Positions 50,121-64,000 are shown, numbered from the stretch's first letter. The stretch is DNA of 64,000 bases from Malacoraja senta (GCA_038087875.1 JAXLNO010000385.1:1302001-1366000); one strand, 5' to 3'. Numbers and translations: made by a program. Notes: generated from the letters alone by a model not told the origin.

Positions 50121-53100
50121 CAAAACATATAATCAATGGGAAAGTTTAGTAATTAAAAGGATCGGGGATATGTATGAAATGGGAAATGTATTATCATTTC
50201 AACAATTACAATTTAAATTTAAATTGAAAAACAACCATTATTTTAAATATCAGATTTGCGATTTCACGAAGAAATACATACAAGGATATCAAAAAATAAC
50301 CCCTGATTTATTGGAAGAAGCAATGAATATTAAAGCTGACGCACAAAAATTAATATCATATTTATATAATAGTATTTTAAATATAGACCTACCATCGACA
50401 GAGGTACTTAGAGAAGAGTGGGAACGGGAATTAATGATAAACATTACGAAGGTTACATGGGAAAAGTATTTGATATACATACACAAATGTTCGATTAATG
50501 GAAGACATAATCTAGTTCAATTAAAAATTTTACATAGATTATATTATTCAAAAAGAAGATTAAATAAATTATATCCAAATATATCCCCCATTTGCGATAA
50601 GTGTTTAACCCAAAACGCAACTATAACACACTCTTTTGTTTCCTGCATAAAACTTTATATATTCTGGAGTGATATTTTCGAAATATTTACAATATTATTT
50701 AAGATAAAAATGGAACCTAATAATGAATTGATTATATTTGGGGTAATGGAAGATGGGAATAAATTGAATTCATCTCAAAATTTATTTTTTAATTATGGTT
50801 TAATAATAGCAAAAAAATTAATACTTAAATTTTGGAAAAATACACCAATACTAACGCTCAAAATGTGGATTGCAAGTATGTTGGACACCGCACATCTTGA
50901 GGAAATGCGATTCCTCCTAATAGATAAATCTGACCAATTCATAACGAGTTGGTCTCCATTTGACGTCTTTTTGGAATCATATGGTGCAACACAATTGTAA
51001 AAGCTAACTGTCTCGTGACTGGGCGAGGGATGGTCAAGATTATAAATAGGATCTCCTTACTTCTTTTTTCTTTTTCTTCCTTTTTTCTTTTACTCTCTTT
51101 CTCCTATTTTCTACTCTTTAACTTTCTTCTTTCATTCTCTATTCTTCTTCACACACTATATATCTCACGTTTTTCTATACTTTATTATCTAATTTATTTT
51201 TATTTTTCTTCTATACTATAATAAAAAATAAGAAGCTGTACATAACATGTATTATGAAAAGATGATTGTATACAATTGTACTTACTTCTAATAAAATTAA
51301 AATATTTAAAAAAAAATAATTCGAGTTCGAGTTCGATTTCGAGTTCGAGATAGAGTTCGTGAAAGAGTTCGAGTTCAATTCTCCGCCCGTAAGTCGAAAT
51401 CCAACTCGAGTTCGAGATCGAATTCGAGTTCCAGTTCGAGATAGATTTCGAGTTCGAGATAGAGTTCGAGGTAGAGATAGTTCGAGTTTGAATTCGAGTT
51501 TTAGCTAGAGATAGATTTCGAGTTCAAGATAGAGTTCGAGTTCAAGATAGAGTTCCAGTTTGAGATCGAGTTTTAGATCGAGTTCGCGTTCGAGATAGAT
51601 CGAGATAGAGTTCGAGTTCGAGAGAGAGTTCGAGATAGTTCGAGTTCGAGCTAAGAGTTCGAGTTAGAGATAGAGTACGAGTTCGAGGTTTGGTGAGAGA
51701 GAGAGAGAGATCGAGATAGAGTTCGAGTTCGAATTCGAGTTCGTGTTCGAGATAGAATAAGAGTTCTAGTTCGAGATAGAATTCGAGTTCGAGTTCGTTC
51801 GAGATCGAGTTCGAGTTGAATGAATGAAAGGATGTATAAGTTTATTGACTAAGTATTCACCAAGTTTATTGGGCAAGATTTAAGCCTTGGTTCTCCGCAC
51901 GAAAGTCGAACCGGAACTCGAGTTCGCGATAGTTCGAGTTCGAGATAGGGTTCGAGATTGAGATAGAGATCGAGATCGAGTTCGAGAGAGAGTTCGAGAT
52001 AGATTTCGAGATAAATTTCCAGTTCGAGATAGCGTTCGAGTTCGAGATTGAGTTCGAGATTGAGTTCGAGATCGAGATAGAGATCGAGATCGAGTTCGAG
52101 TTAGAGAGAGAGTTCCATATAGAGTTCGAATACAAGATAGTTCGAGTTCGAGTTCGAGTTCGCGTTCGAGATAGTTCGAGATAGTTCGAGTACGAATTCG
52201 AGTTTTAGCTAGAAATAGTTCGAGTTCAAGATAGCTTTCGAGTTCGAGTTCAAACTAAAGTTCGAGTTCGAGATCGAGATCGAGTTTGAGATCGAATTCG
52301 CGTTCGAGATAGTTCGAGAGAGAGTTCGAGATATTTCGAGTTCGAGATGTGTTCGAGTTCGAGATAGTTCGAGTTCGAGATAGACTACGAGTTCGAGTTC
52401 GAGATTTAGTTAGAGAGAGAGTTCGAGATAGAGTTCGAGAGAGTTCGAGATAGTTCGAGAGAGTTCGAGATAGATTTCGAGATAGATTTCGAGTTCGAGA
52501 GAGAGTTAGAGTTCGAGATAGAGTTCGAGTTCGAGATTGAGTTCGAGTTCGAGCGAGAAAGAGTTCGAGCTGGAGATAGAGTTCGAGTTCAAGATAGAGT
52601 TCGAGTTCAAGTTCAATTTCGAGTTAGAGATGGAGAACGAGTTCGAGATAGAGTTCGTATTCGAGATAGTTCGAGATCGAGTTCGAGAGAGCGTTCGAGA
52701 TAGTTCGAGTTCGAGAGAGCGTTCGAGAGTACGAGTTCGAGTTCGAGATAAGGGTTCGAGTTCGAGATAGACTACGAGTTCGAGTTCGAGTTTTAGTTAG
52801 AGAGAGAGAGATATATATATAGTTCGAGTTCGAATTCGAGTTAGAGTTCGAGATAGAATTCGAGTTCGAGTTCGTTCGAGCCCGAGTTCGAGTTGAATGA
52901 ATGAAAGAATGTATACATTTATTGACTAAGTATTCACCAAGTTTATTGGCCAAGATTGTTGCCTTGGTGCTCCGCCCGAAAGTCGAACCCGAATTCGAGT
53001 TCGAGATAGTTCGAGTTCGAGATAGGGTTCGAGATCGAGATAGAGTCGAGGTCGAGTTCGAGATCGAGGGAGAGAGAGAGATAGATTTCGAGATAAATTT

Positions 53101-56100
53101 CGAGTTCGAGATAGTTCGAGTTCGAGATAGTTCGAGTTCGAGATAGAGTTCGAGTTCGAGATAGTTCATTTTGCGATCGAGTTCGAGATCGAGTTTGAGA
53201 TCGAGTTCGCGTTCGAGATAGTTTGAGATCGAGTTCGCGTTCGCGATAGTTCGAGATAGAGTTCGAGATAGTTCGAGATTGAGTTCGAGCTAGAGTACGA
53301 GTTCCAGCTCGAGTTCGAGTTGAATGAATGAATAAATGGTTGAATGAATGAATGAATGAATGAATGTATGAATTAATTAATTTATTGGCCAAGTATTCAC
53401 ATACAAGGAATTTGCCTTGTAGGTACGCCAGCAAGTCGAACTCCAACCCGAGTTCGAGATAGAGTTCGAGATGGAGTACGAGTTCGAGTTCAAGTTCGAG
53501 CTCGAGTTCGAGTTAAATGAATGAATGAATGAATGAATGAATAAGTTTATTGGCCAAGTATTCACATACTAGGTGTTTGCCTCGGTGCTCCGCCCGTAAG
53601 TCGAAATCCAACGAGTTCGAGATCGAATTCGAGTTCGAGTTCGAGATCGAGATCGAGTTCGAGATAGAGTTCGCGTTTGAGTTCGAGAGCGAGTTCGAGT
53701 TCGAGTTGACTGAATGAATGAATGAATTAATACGTTCACTGGCCATGTATTCACATACACGGAATTTGCCTTGGTGCTCCGCCCGCAAGTCGAACTCCAA
53801 CTCGATTTTGCGATCCGAGAGAGTACGAGTTCGAGTGCGAGTTCGAGAGCGAGTTCGAGTTCGAGATAGAGTTCGTGATCGAGTTCGAGTTCTAGTTGAA
53901 GTTCGAGTTGGAGTTGGATATAGAGTTCGAGTTCTAGATAGTTCGAGTTCGAGATAGAGTTCGGGTTCAGTTCAAGTTCGAGCTCCAGCAACGAGCTCGA
54001 GTTAAATGAATGAATGAATGAATACGTTTATTGGCCAATATTCACATAGAAGGAATTTGCCTTGGTGCTCCGCCCGTAACTCGAACTCCAACTCGAGTTC
54101 TAGATCGAATTCGAGTTCGAGTTCGAGATAGATTTCGAGTTCCAGTTCGAATTCGAGTTCGAGATAGATTTCGAGTTCGAGATAGAGTTCGAGGTCGACA
54201 TAGTTCGAGTTTGAATTCGAGTTTTAGCTAGAGATAGAGTTCGAGTTCAAGATAGAGTTCCAGTTTGAGATCGAGTTTTAGATCGAGTTCGCGTTCGAGA
54301 TAGATCGAGATAGAGTTCGAGTTCGAGAGAGAGTTCGAGATAGTTCGAGTTCGAGCTAAGAGTTCGAGTTAGAGATAGAGTACGTTCGAGTTTTGGTTAG
54401 AGAGAGAGCGATCGAGATAGAGTTCGAGTTCGAATTCAAGTTCGTTCGAGATAGAATAAGAGTTCTAGTTCGAGATAGAATTCGAGTTCGAGTTCGTTGG
54501 AGATCGAGTTCGAGTTCAATGAATGAAAGGATGTATAAGTTTATTGACTAAGTATTCACCAAGTTTATTGCGCAAGATTTAAGCCTTGGTTCTCCGCCCG
54601 AAAGTCGAACCGGAACTCGAGTTCGCGATAGTTCGAGTTCGAGATAGGGTTCGAGATCGAGTTCGAGTTCGAGAGCAAGTTCCAGATAGAGTTCGAGTTC
54701 AAGATAGAGTTCGAGTTTGAGTTCGAGATCGAGTTCGCGTTCGAGATAGTTCGAGATAGAGTTCGAGATAGTGTTCGAGTTCGAGATAAGAGTTCGAGTT
54801 CGAGATAGAGTACGAGTTCGAGTTTTAGTTCGAGAGAGAGTTCGAGTTGAAGGAATGAATGAATGAATGAATGAATTAGTTTATTGGCCAAGTATTCACA
54901 AACAAGGAATTTGCCTTGGTGCTCCGCCCGTAAGTCGAAATCCAACTCGAGTTCGAGGTCGAATTCGAGTTCGAGTTCGAGATAGATTTCGAGTTCGAGT
55001 TCGAGATAGATTTCGAGTTCGAGATAAAGTTCGAGGTCGGGATAGTTCAAATTCGAATTCCAGTTTGAGCTAGAGATAGAGTTCGAGTTCAAGATAAATT
55101 TTGAGATCGAATTCAAGATAAAGTTCGAGTTCGAGAACGAGATCTAGTTTGAGATCGAGTTCGCGTTTGAGATAGTTCGAGATAGAGTTCGAGATAGAGT
55201 TCAAGTTCGAGAAAGATTTCGAGATATTTCGAATTCGAGTTCGAGATAGTACGAGTTCGAGTTTTAGTTAGAGAGAGAGTTCGAGATAGAGTTCGAGTTC
55301 AAGTTGGAGTTGGAGTTCGAGTTCGAGTTCGAGATAGAGTTCGAGATAGAGTTCGAGTTCGAGTTCAAGTTCGAGCTCGAGTTCGAGTTAAATGAATGTA
55401 TGAATGAATGAATACGTTTATTGGCCAAGTATTCACATACAAGGAATTTGCCTTGGTGCTCCGCCGGGAGCTCGAACTCCAACTCGAGTTCGAGATCGAT
55501 TTCTAGTTCGGGTTCGAGATAGACTTCGAGTTCCAGATAGAGTTCGAGGCCGAGATATTTAGTTCGAATTCGAGTTTTAGCTGGAGATAGAGTTCGATTT
55601 CGAGTTCGAGATCGAGTTCGCGTTCGAGATAGTTCGGGATAGTTCGAGTTGGAGTTCGAGTTCGAGAGACAGTTCGAGATATAGTTCGAGTTCGAGTTCG
55701 AGTTCGAGTTCGAGTTCGAGTTCGAGTTGACTGAATGAATGAATGATGAAGGAATGAATGAATGTTTATCGGACATGTATTCACATACAAGGAATTTGCC
55801 TTGGAGTTCCGCCCGCAAGTCGAACTCGAGCTCGAGTTTGAGATCGAGTTCGAGATGGAGATGGGGATAGAGTTCGACTTCGAGATAGAGTTCGTGATAG
55901 AGTTGGAGTTCGAGTTCAAGTTTGAGCTCGAGTTCGAGTTAAATGAATGAATGAATGAATAGGTTTATTGGCAAAGTATTCACATACTAGGTGTTTGCCT
56001 TGGTGCTCCGCCGGTAAGTCAAAATCCAACTCGGGTTCGAGATCGAATTCGAGTTCGAGTTCGAGATAGATTTCGAGTTCGACATAAAGTTCGAGGTCGA

Positions 56101-59100
56101 GATATTTCGAGTTCGGATTCGAGTTTTAGCTGGAGATAGTTCGAGTTCAAGATAGAGTTCGAGTTCAAGATAAAGTTCGAGTTCGAGATCGAGTTTGAGA
56201 TCGAGTTCGCGTTCGAGATAGTTTGAGATCGAGTTCGCGTTCGCGATAGTTCGAGATAGAGTTCGAGATAGAGTTCGAGATTGAGTTCGAGCTAGAGTAC
56301 GAGTTCCAGCTCGAGTTCGAGTTGAATGAATGAATAAATGGTTGAATGAATGAATGAATGAATGTATGAATTAATTAATTTATTGGCCAAGTATTCACAT
56401 ACAAGGAACTTGCCTTGTAGGTACGCCAGCAAGTCGAACTCCAACCCGAGTTCGAGATAGAGTTCGAGATGGAGTACGAGTTCGAGTTCAAGTTCAAGTT
56501 CGAGCTCGAGTTCGAGTTAAATGAATGAATGAATGAATGAATGAATAAGTTTATTGGCCAAGTATTCACATACTAGGTGTTTGCCTCGGTGCTCCGCCCG
56601 TAAGTCGAAATCCAACGAGTTCGAGATCGAATTCGAGCGAGTTCGAGATCGAGATCGAGATCGAGTTCGAGATAGAGTTCGCGTTTGAGTTCGAGAGCGA
56701 GTTCGAGTTCGAGTTGACTGAATGAATGAATGAATTAATACGTTCACTGGCCATGTATTCACATACACGGAATTTGCCTTGGTGCTCCGCCCGCAAGTCG
56801 CTCCAACTAGATTTTGCGATCCGAGAGAGTACGAGTTCGAGTGCGAGTTCGAGAGCGAGTTCGAGTTCGAGATAGAGTTCGTGATCGAGTTCGAGTTCTA
56901 GTTGAAGTTCGAGTTGGAGTTGGAGTTCGATATAGAGTTCGAGTTCGAGATAGTTCGAGTTCGAGATAGAGTTCGGGTTCAGTTCAAGTTCGAGCTCGAG
57001 CAACGAGCTCGAGTTAAATGAATGAATGAATGAATACGTTTATTGGCCAATATTCACATACAAGGAATTTGCCTTGGTGCTCCGCCCGTAACTCGAACTC
57101 CAACTCGAGTTCTAGATCGAATTCGAGTTCGAGTTCGAGATAGATTTCGATTTCCAGTTCGAATTCGAGTTCGAGATAGATTTCGAGTTCGAGATAGAGT
57201 TCGAGGTCGAGATAGTTCGAGTTTGAATTCGAGTTTTAGCTAGAGATAGAGTTCGAGTTCAAGATAGTTCCAGTTTGAGATCGAGTTTTAGATCGAGTTC
57301 GCGTTCGAGATAGATCGAGATAGAGTTCGAGTTCGAGAGAGAGTTCGAGATAGTTCGAGTTCGAGCTAAGAGTTCGAGTTAGAGATAGAGTACGTTCGAG
57401 TTTTGGTTAGAGAGAGAGCGATCGAGATAGAGTTCGAGTTCGAATTCAAGTTCGAGTTCGAGATAGAATAAGAGTTCTAGTTCGAGATAGAATTCGAGTT
57501 CGATTTCGTTCGAGATCGAGTTCGAGTTGAATGAATGAAAGGATGTATAAGTTTATTGACTAAGTATTCACCAAGTTTATTGGGCAAGATTTAAGCCTTG
57601 GTTCTCCGCCCGAAAGTCGAACCGGAACTCGAGTTCGCGATAGTTCGAGTTCGAGATAGGGTTCGAGATTGAGATAGAGATCGAGATCGAGTTCGAATTC
57701 GAGTTCGAGATAGATTTCGAGTTCGAGATAGAGTTCGAGGTCGACATAGTTCGAGTTTGAATTCGAGTTTTAGCTAGAGATAGAGTTCGAGTTCAAGATA
57801 GTTCCAGTTTGAGATCGAGTTTTAGATCGAGTTCGCGTTCGAGATAGATCGAGATAGAGTTCGAGTTCGAGAGAGAGTTCGAGATAGTTCGAGTTCGAGC
57901 TAAGAGTTCGAGTTAGAGATAGAGTACGTTCGAGTTTTGGTTAGAGAGAGAGCGATCGAGATAGAGTTCGAGTTCGAATTCAAGTTCGAGTTCGAGATAG
58001 AATAAGAGTTCTAGTTCGAGATAGAATTCGAGTTCGATTTCGTTCGAGATCGAGTTCGAGTTGAATGAATGAAAGGATGTATAAGTTTATTGACTAAGTA
58101 TTCACCAAGTTTATTGGGCAAGATTTAAGCCTTGGTTCTCCGCCCGAAAGTCGAACCGGAACTCGAGTTCGCGATAGTTCGAGTTCGAGATAGGGTTCGA
58201 GATTGAGATAGAGATCGAGATCGAGTTCGAGAGAGAATTCGAGATAGATTTCGAGATAAATTTCCAGTTCGAGATAGCGTTCGAGTTCGAGATTGAGTTC
58301 GAGATAGAGTTCGAGATCGAGATAGAGATCGAGATCGAGTTCGAGTTAGAGAGAGAGTTCCATATAGAGTTCGAATACAAGATAGTTCGAGTTCGAGTTC
58401 GAGTTCGCGTTCGAGATATTTCGAGATAGTTCGAGTTCGAATTCGAGTTTTAGCTAGAAATAGTTCGAGTTCAAGATAGCTTTCGAGTTCGAGTTCAAAC
58501 TAAAGTTCGAGTTCGAGATCGAGATCGAGGTTGAGATCGAGTTCGCGTTCGAGATAGTTCGAGACAGAGTTCGAGATAGTTCAAGTTCGAGAGAGAGTTC
58601 GAGATATTTCGAGTTCGAGATAAGTGTTCGAGTTCGAGATAGTTCGAGTTCGAGATAGAATACGAGTTCGAGTTCGAGATTTAGTTAGAGAGAGAGTTCG
58701 AGATAGAGTTCGAGAGAGAGTTCGAGATAGAGTTCGAGAGAGAGTTCGAGAGAGAGTTCGAGATAGATTTCGAGATAGATTTCGAGTTCGAGAGAGAGTT
58801 AGAGTTCGAGATAGAGTTCGAGTTCGAGATTGAGTTCGACTTCGAGCGAGAAAGAGTTTGAGCTAGAGATAGAGTTCGAGTTCAAGATAGAGTTCGAGTT
58901 CAAGTTCGAATTCGAGTTCGGGATGGAGAACGAGTTCCAGATAGAGTTCGTATTCGAGATAGTTCGAGATAGAGTTCGAGTTCGAGAGAGCGTTCGAGAT
59001 AGTTCGAGTTCGAGTTCGAGATAAGAGTTCGAGTTCGAGATAGACTACGAGTTCGAGTTCGAGTTTTAGTTAGAGAGAGAGAGAGAGATATAGTTCGAGT

Positions 59101-60182
59101 TCGAATTCGAGTTAGAGTTCGAGATAGAATTGGAGTTCGAGTTCGTTCGAGCTCGAGTTCGAGTTGAATGAATGAAAGTATGTATACATTTATTGACTAA
59201 GTATTCACCAAGTTTATTGGCCAAGATTGTTGCCTTGGTGCTCCGCCCGAAAGTCGAACCCGAACTCGAGTTCGAGATAGTTCGAGTTCGAGATAGGGTT
59301 CGAGATCGAGATAGAGATCGAGGTCGAGTTCGAGATCGAGGGAGAGAGAGAGATAGATTTCGAGATAAATTTCGAGTTCGAGATAGAGTTCGAGTTCGAG
59401 ATAGTTCGAGTTCGAGATAGAGTTCGAGTTCGAGATAGTTCGAGATCGAGTTCAGATCGAGATCGAGTTCGAGTTCGAGAGCAAGTTCCAGATAGAGTTC
59501 GAGTTCAAGATAGAGTTCGAGTTTGAGTTCGAGATCGAGTTCGCGTTCGAGATAGTTCGAGATAGAGTTCGAGATAGAGTTCGAGTTCGAGATAAGAGTT
59601 CGAGTTCGAGATAGAGTACGAGTTCGAGTTTTAGTTCGAGAGAGAGTTCGAGTTGAAGGAATGAATGAATGAATTAATTAATTAGTTTATTGGCCAAGTA
59701 TTCACAAACAAGGAATTTGCCTTGGTGCTCCGCCCGTAAGTCGAAATCCAACGAGTTCGAGATCGAATTCGAGTTCGAGTTCGAAATAGATTTCGAGTTC
59801 GAGTTCGAGATAGATTTCGAGTTCGAGATAAAGTTCGAGGTCGGGATAGTTCAAATTCGAATTCCAGTTTTAGCTAGAGATAGAGTTCGAGTTCAAGATA
59901 AATTTTGAGATCGAATTCAAGATAAAGTTCGAGTTCGAGATCGAGATCTAGTTTGAGATCGAGTTTGCGTTTGAGATAGTTCGAGATAGAGTTCGAGATA
60001 GAGTTCAAGTTCGAGAAAGATTTCGAGATATTTCGAATTCGCGTTCGAGATAGTTCGAGTTCGAGATAGAGTACGTTCGAGTTTTAGTTAGAGAGAGAGT
60101 TCGAGATAGAGTTCGAGTTCAAGTTGGAGTTGTTCGAGTTGGAGTTCGAGTTCGAGATAGAGTTCGAGATAGAGTTCGAGTT

Positions 60183-63100
60183 CTTTTTTTTTTTTTTTTT
60201 TGAAAATATTTTTTATTGGAGAAAAGTACACAACCTATTAACATCATTGCAGTCTTACGTTTTTAAATTGATAATATTATCAATTATTATTACATTGTCT
60301 CCAATACCTTTTGCCTTTTTTTATTTTTTTAAACTAGATAGAACTAAAAAGATAGATGAAGTAAAGAAAGAAAAGAATGAGAAGAAAAAGAGAAAAGAGA
60401 AAACAAAAAAAACAAAAACAAAAACAAAAAAAAAAAAAAAAGAAAAAGATAGTTAAAGAGGAATGGAAAATTTTATTAAAGTAAAAAACTTCATTCGAGA
60501 TATATTCGTACATTTCAGAGTATAGCCTTTCATCCATTCTTTATCCCGAGCATTAGTCAGGTTCCCGTGCTGAACCATTCTGACCCTTTAAATAATCAAT
60601 AAAGGGAGACCATGTTCCAACGAATAATTCCTGTTTGTCCAACAGGGAAAATCTGATTCTTTCCACGTTTAAGGTCTCCGTCATTTATATAATCCACATT
60701 TTGTTTGTGGGGGCCGTTGGGCCTTTCCAAAATTTTAGAATTAATTTTTTTCCAGTTATTATACTATAATCAATAAAGTTTCTTTGTGTTGTTGTAAATG
60801 TTTGATTTAATTCTGATGTTCCGAGTATTATAAATTTTGGATCCGGGTCCACTTGTGTGCTAGTCACTTTAGATATTATACTAAAAATATTTACCCAGAA
60901 TTTTTTAATTTTTATACAGTTTGCAAACATATGAGATAAGGTAGCTTCTAAATGTTGACATTTATCACATATAGGTGAGATATGTTGAAAGATTTTATGT
61001 AATTTTGTTTTTGAATAATGTAACCTATGTATTACTTTAAATTGTATTAAAGAATGTCTGGCATTTAATGAACATTGATGTATATGTTGTAAACTTTCTT
61101 CCCAAGTATCTTTCGTTATTATTTGATTTAATTCTTTTTCCCATGTTTGTCTGTGTAAGTCCGTCGATGGAATGTCACTGTCTAATAAGATATTATATAT
61201 ATAAGATATTAATTTTTCTGTATTAGGATGTTTATTCCAACATTCGTCAAGAATTTCTGAATTTCTAATTCGAAAATTTTGAGTATTTGATTTTACATAA
61301 TCTCTGAGTTGAAGATATCTGAAATAATCATTTCCTCGAAGTCCTTAAGTCTGTTGCAACTCCTGAAATGTCAGAAAAGTGCCTTCCTTATAAAGTTGTC
61401 CCATATTTTTAATTCCATAATTCTTCCATTGTGTAAAACCCCTGTCCAACCATGAGGGTTTAAACAAAGGGTTATTCACAATTGGGAGAAAAAGTGATAA
61501 ATTATCTAATTTTAATGTCTTTTTTAATTGTTTCCAAATTCGTATGGCACTAAATATTATAGGGTTTTCCCTATAATTTTTTTTGTTTAATTTAGATGTA
61601 GCAAATAATATCGAACCGATATCAAAAGGCAAACAATCTTCCTTTTCCATTTTTAACCAATCTGGTTGTTGATCTATTTCTTCCAACCAGAAATTCATAT
61701 TTTTAATATTAACTGCCCAAAAATAAAACAGAAAGTTGGGTAAAACCAAACCTCCATTTATTTTTGATTTACACAAATGTCTTTTGTTTATCCTATGATT
61801 CTTATAATCCCAGATAAAATCATTAACAATGGAGTCCAATTTAAAAAAAAAAAAATTTGACAAATATATCGGAATTGTCTGAAAAATGTATAATATTTGC
61901 GGTAAAAAAAATCATTTTTATGGCATTAATTTTGCCAACCATTGAGATAGGAAGTGTTTTCCAGTATTGAATATTCTTATGTAGTTTATTCAGTAATGGG
62001 GGAAAATTTGCTTTAAATAATGATGTATATATCTTAGTTACATAGATACCTAAGTATTTAAATTTTTCGTTTACTATTTTAAATGGAAATTGTTGTATTA
62101 TGTGTTTGTTATGTTCCCTTATTGGCATAATTTCACCTTTATTCCAATTTATTCTGTATCCTGAGAGTGAACCAAATTGGGTTATTAGCTCTAATAAGTT
62201 TGGAATACTAATTTCTGGTTTTGTAATGTAAATTAGTACATCATCTGCGTATAGAGAAATTTTATTCACTGTGTCCTTTGTGATATACCCATATATTTCC
62301 GGATGACCCCTAACTCTTTCTGCAAGTGGCTCAATAGCAAGCGCAAATAATAATGGAGATAACGGGCATCCTTGTCTACAACCTCTAGATAGGCTGAATT
62401 TTGATGACAACCTTTGATTTGTTAATATTCTAGCCGTAGGATTTGTATATAACAGTTTTATCCATGTACAGAATTTCTCCCCTAATTGCATATTTTCCAT
62501 CACCGAAAATAAATAAGACCATTCAACCTGATCAAATGCTTTTTCAGCGTCGAGTGAGATTATTGCTAGATCTTCATTAATAATTCTCTTAGAATAAATA
62601 ATATTAAATAATCTTCTTAAATTATAATATGAGTACCGTTTCTGAATGAAGCCTGTTTGGTCAGGGTGTATTAATTTATTCATCACTGTACTTAATCTAT
62701 GCGCTAGTATTTTAGTTAATATTTTCTGATCTGTATTTAAAAGTGCAATTGCTCTATATGATCCCGGATCTTCCGGATCTTTATCAGCTTTAGGAATAAG
62801 TGTTATTATAGATTCATTTAAAGTATCTGGGAGTTTCTGTTGAGTATAGATATGCTCATACAGCCTTTGTAAACGTGGGCAAAGCAAGTCATACATTTTT
62901 TAATAAAATTCAGAGCCTAAACCATCTGGTCCTACTGCTTTACCATTTTTTAAAGAGCCAATAGACTCCTCAATATCCTTTATCGTAATCTCCCTTTCTA
63001 ATAATTCTCTATCATTTGAATCTAAACCTTTTAAATTACATTTTAGTAAAAAATCTGCTATTCCTTCTGTGTTATAGTTTTAGTTGAATAAAGGATATGA

Positions 63101-64000
63101 TAGTATTGGAGAAATCTTTCATTTATGTCCTTGGGCATTTTTAATAATTCTCCTGTCTCTGTTCTAATTTTATGAATTATTTTTTCCCCTTCCATTTTTC
63201 GTAACTGACGTGCTAATAGTTTTTGTGGTTTGTCTCCAAATTCAAAATGTAATTGTTTGGTTTTTTGATAAAGTTTTATTACTTGTTCTGGATACATTTT
63301 ATTTAATTTATATTTCAATACAGCAATTTTATTATGTTTTGAAATAGATGGCATTCTCGCATTTTCTATATCTAGTTGCTTGATTTCCCCTTCCAATGCT
63401 TGTTGTTTAATCCTGTTCTCTTTATTATAAAATACTTGAGCAGAAATTAATGCACCTCGAACAAACGCTTTAAACGTTTCCCACATAAGAGAAGTAGGTG
63501 TATCAGGGTTATCATTTACCTCAAAAAATATTTGAATCTGTTTAATAATATATTCCTGGCATGATCTTTCGTTCAAAATGTGTGGGTTAAATCTCCAATA
63601 TGTTTGTTTCTCGGACATTCCATTTAATTTAATCATGAATGTTACAGGTGCGTGGTCTGAGATTATAATATTATGGTATTTTGAGTTATAAGTAAATGGG
63701 ATAAACGTGGAGTCAACTAAAAAATAATCTATTCTTGAGTATGTTTTGTGTACTGGAGAGTAAAATGAATATTCCCGTCCAGTTGGATTTTCTATTCTCC
63801 AGACATCCTTAATATTAGTGGTATTAATAAATGAATTTAGAAATACACTTGATTGAGATTTTACTTTTTTTTGCCTTGATGATCTATCTAAGTATGAATC
63901 TAATGTACAATTGAAGTCTCCTCCAATTATTAATTTAGATTGTGAAAATTCAGGAATTTTATTAAATGTTTTATTAAAGAACATAGGGTTATCAAAATTA
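60183..64000 (-). mobile_element. LINE-1 copy E (same subfamily as copy A), continues beyond the window; ORF2 frameshifted
   Basis: Highly similar to 4445-8235; GDFN, SRIDY, LDAEKAFD, RQGCPLSP, YADD; poly-T at 60184-60201. Confidence 0.95.

Larger units (their letters stand above)
41699..51000 (+). pseudogene. L1 copy C ORF2, split by insertions at 43064-43636 and 45216-50120
   Basis: Endonuclease 41699-42500 (SWNIRG, LQETH, GDFN, SRIDY, SDH); RT 43693-44630 (LDAEKAFD, YADD); C-terminus 50121-51000 (CDKC..HSF..C). Confidence 0.92.
39381..51320 (+). mobile_element. LINE-1 copy C, near full length, host to two nested insertions
   Basis: 5' end GACTTCCGATGGCG, 5' UTR, ORF1, ~1 kb spacer, ORF2 (41699-51000, interrupted), 3' UTR and A tail. 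Flanked by TCGAGTTCGAGTTCG at 39366-39380 and 51321-51335, compatible with a TSD but repetitive. Confidence 0.93.
31545..60182 (-). repeat. Compound satellite, - orientation: (GAAT)n + core + (GAGTTC)n; interrupted by a CR1 and by the 39.4-51.3 kb L1 nest
   Basis: About 34 reverse-complement cores (TTTATTGGCCAAGTATTCACATACAAGGAATTTGCCTTGGTGCTCCGCCC) by eye. Confidence 0.95.

Noticed and set aside
190..60182. CRISPR-like array (conserved repeat with variable spacers)
   Set aside because: The spacers are hexamer satellite of very variable length rather than unique sequence, there are no cas genes, and the context is eukaryotic.
95..60456. Many ORFs rich in ELELEL, SNSNSN, RTRTRT, HSFIHSFI or LRAEHQGKFLVCEYLANK
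   Set aside because: These are translations of the satellite hexamer, ATTC tail and core. Frames break at random and many starts are non-ATG.
4785..63984. Intact, active retrotransposon ORFs
   Set aside because: Every ORF2 or pol in the window has frameshifts, stops, truncation or nested insertions, although some homopolymer frameshifts could be sequencing errors.

Overview
This is eukaryotic, gene-free, repeat-saturated DNA. The repeat types suggest a cartilaginous fish such as a skate or ray (inference). The backbone is a compound satellite. Each unit has a degenerate (GAACTC)n hexamer array, a short fold-back of the hexamer, a conserved ~55-bp core (GGCGGAGCACCAAGGCAAATTCCTTGTATGTGAATACTTGGCCAATAAA) and an (ATTC)n tail; there are about 60 cores by eye. 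The satellite reads on + up to ~22.2 kb and on - from ~31.5 kb. The switch lies inside a large imperfect inverted duplication (arms about 16.7-25.5 kb and 27.1-35.0 kb) whose unique spacer holds an ERV-L-like pol fragment. Inserted elements include five L1 copies (one near full length, with a nested CR1 and a nested L1), four CR1 copies, Rex1/Babar, Vingi/Ingi, Tx1 and Crack/L2-like fragments, and a MITE. Several have readable target-site duplications. The main observations are that the satellite core looks like the 3' tip of a LINE, and that three L1 copies share an inter-ORF motif that is complementary to the L1 5' end. No intact host gene, tRNA, rRNA or CRISPR array is supported.
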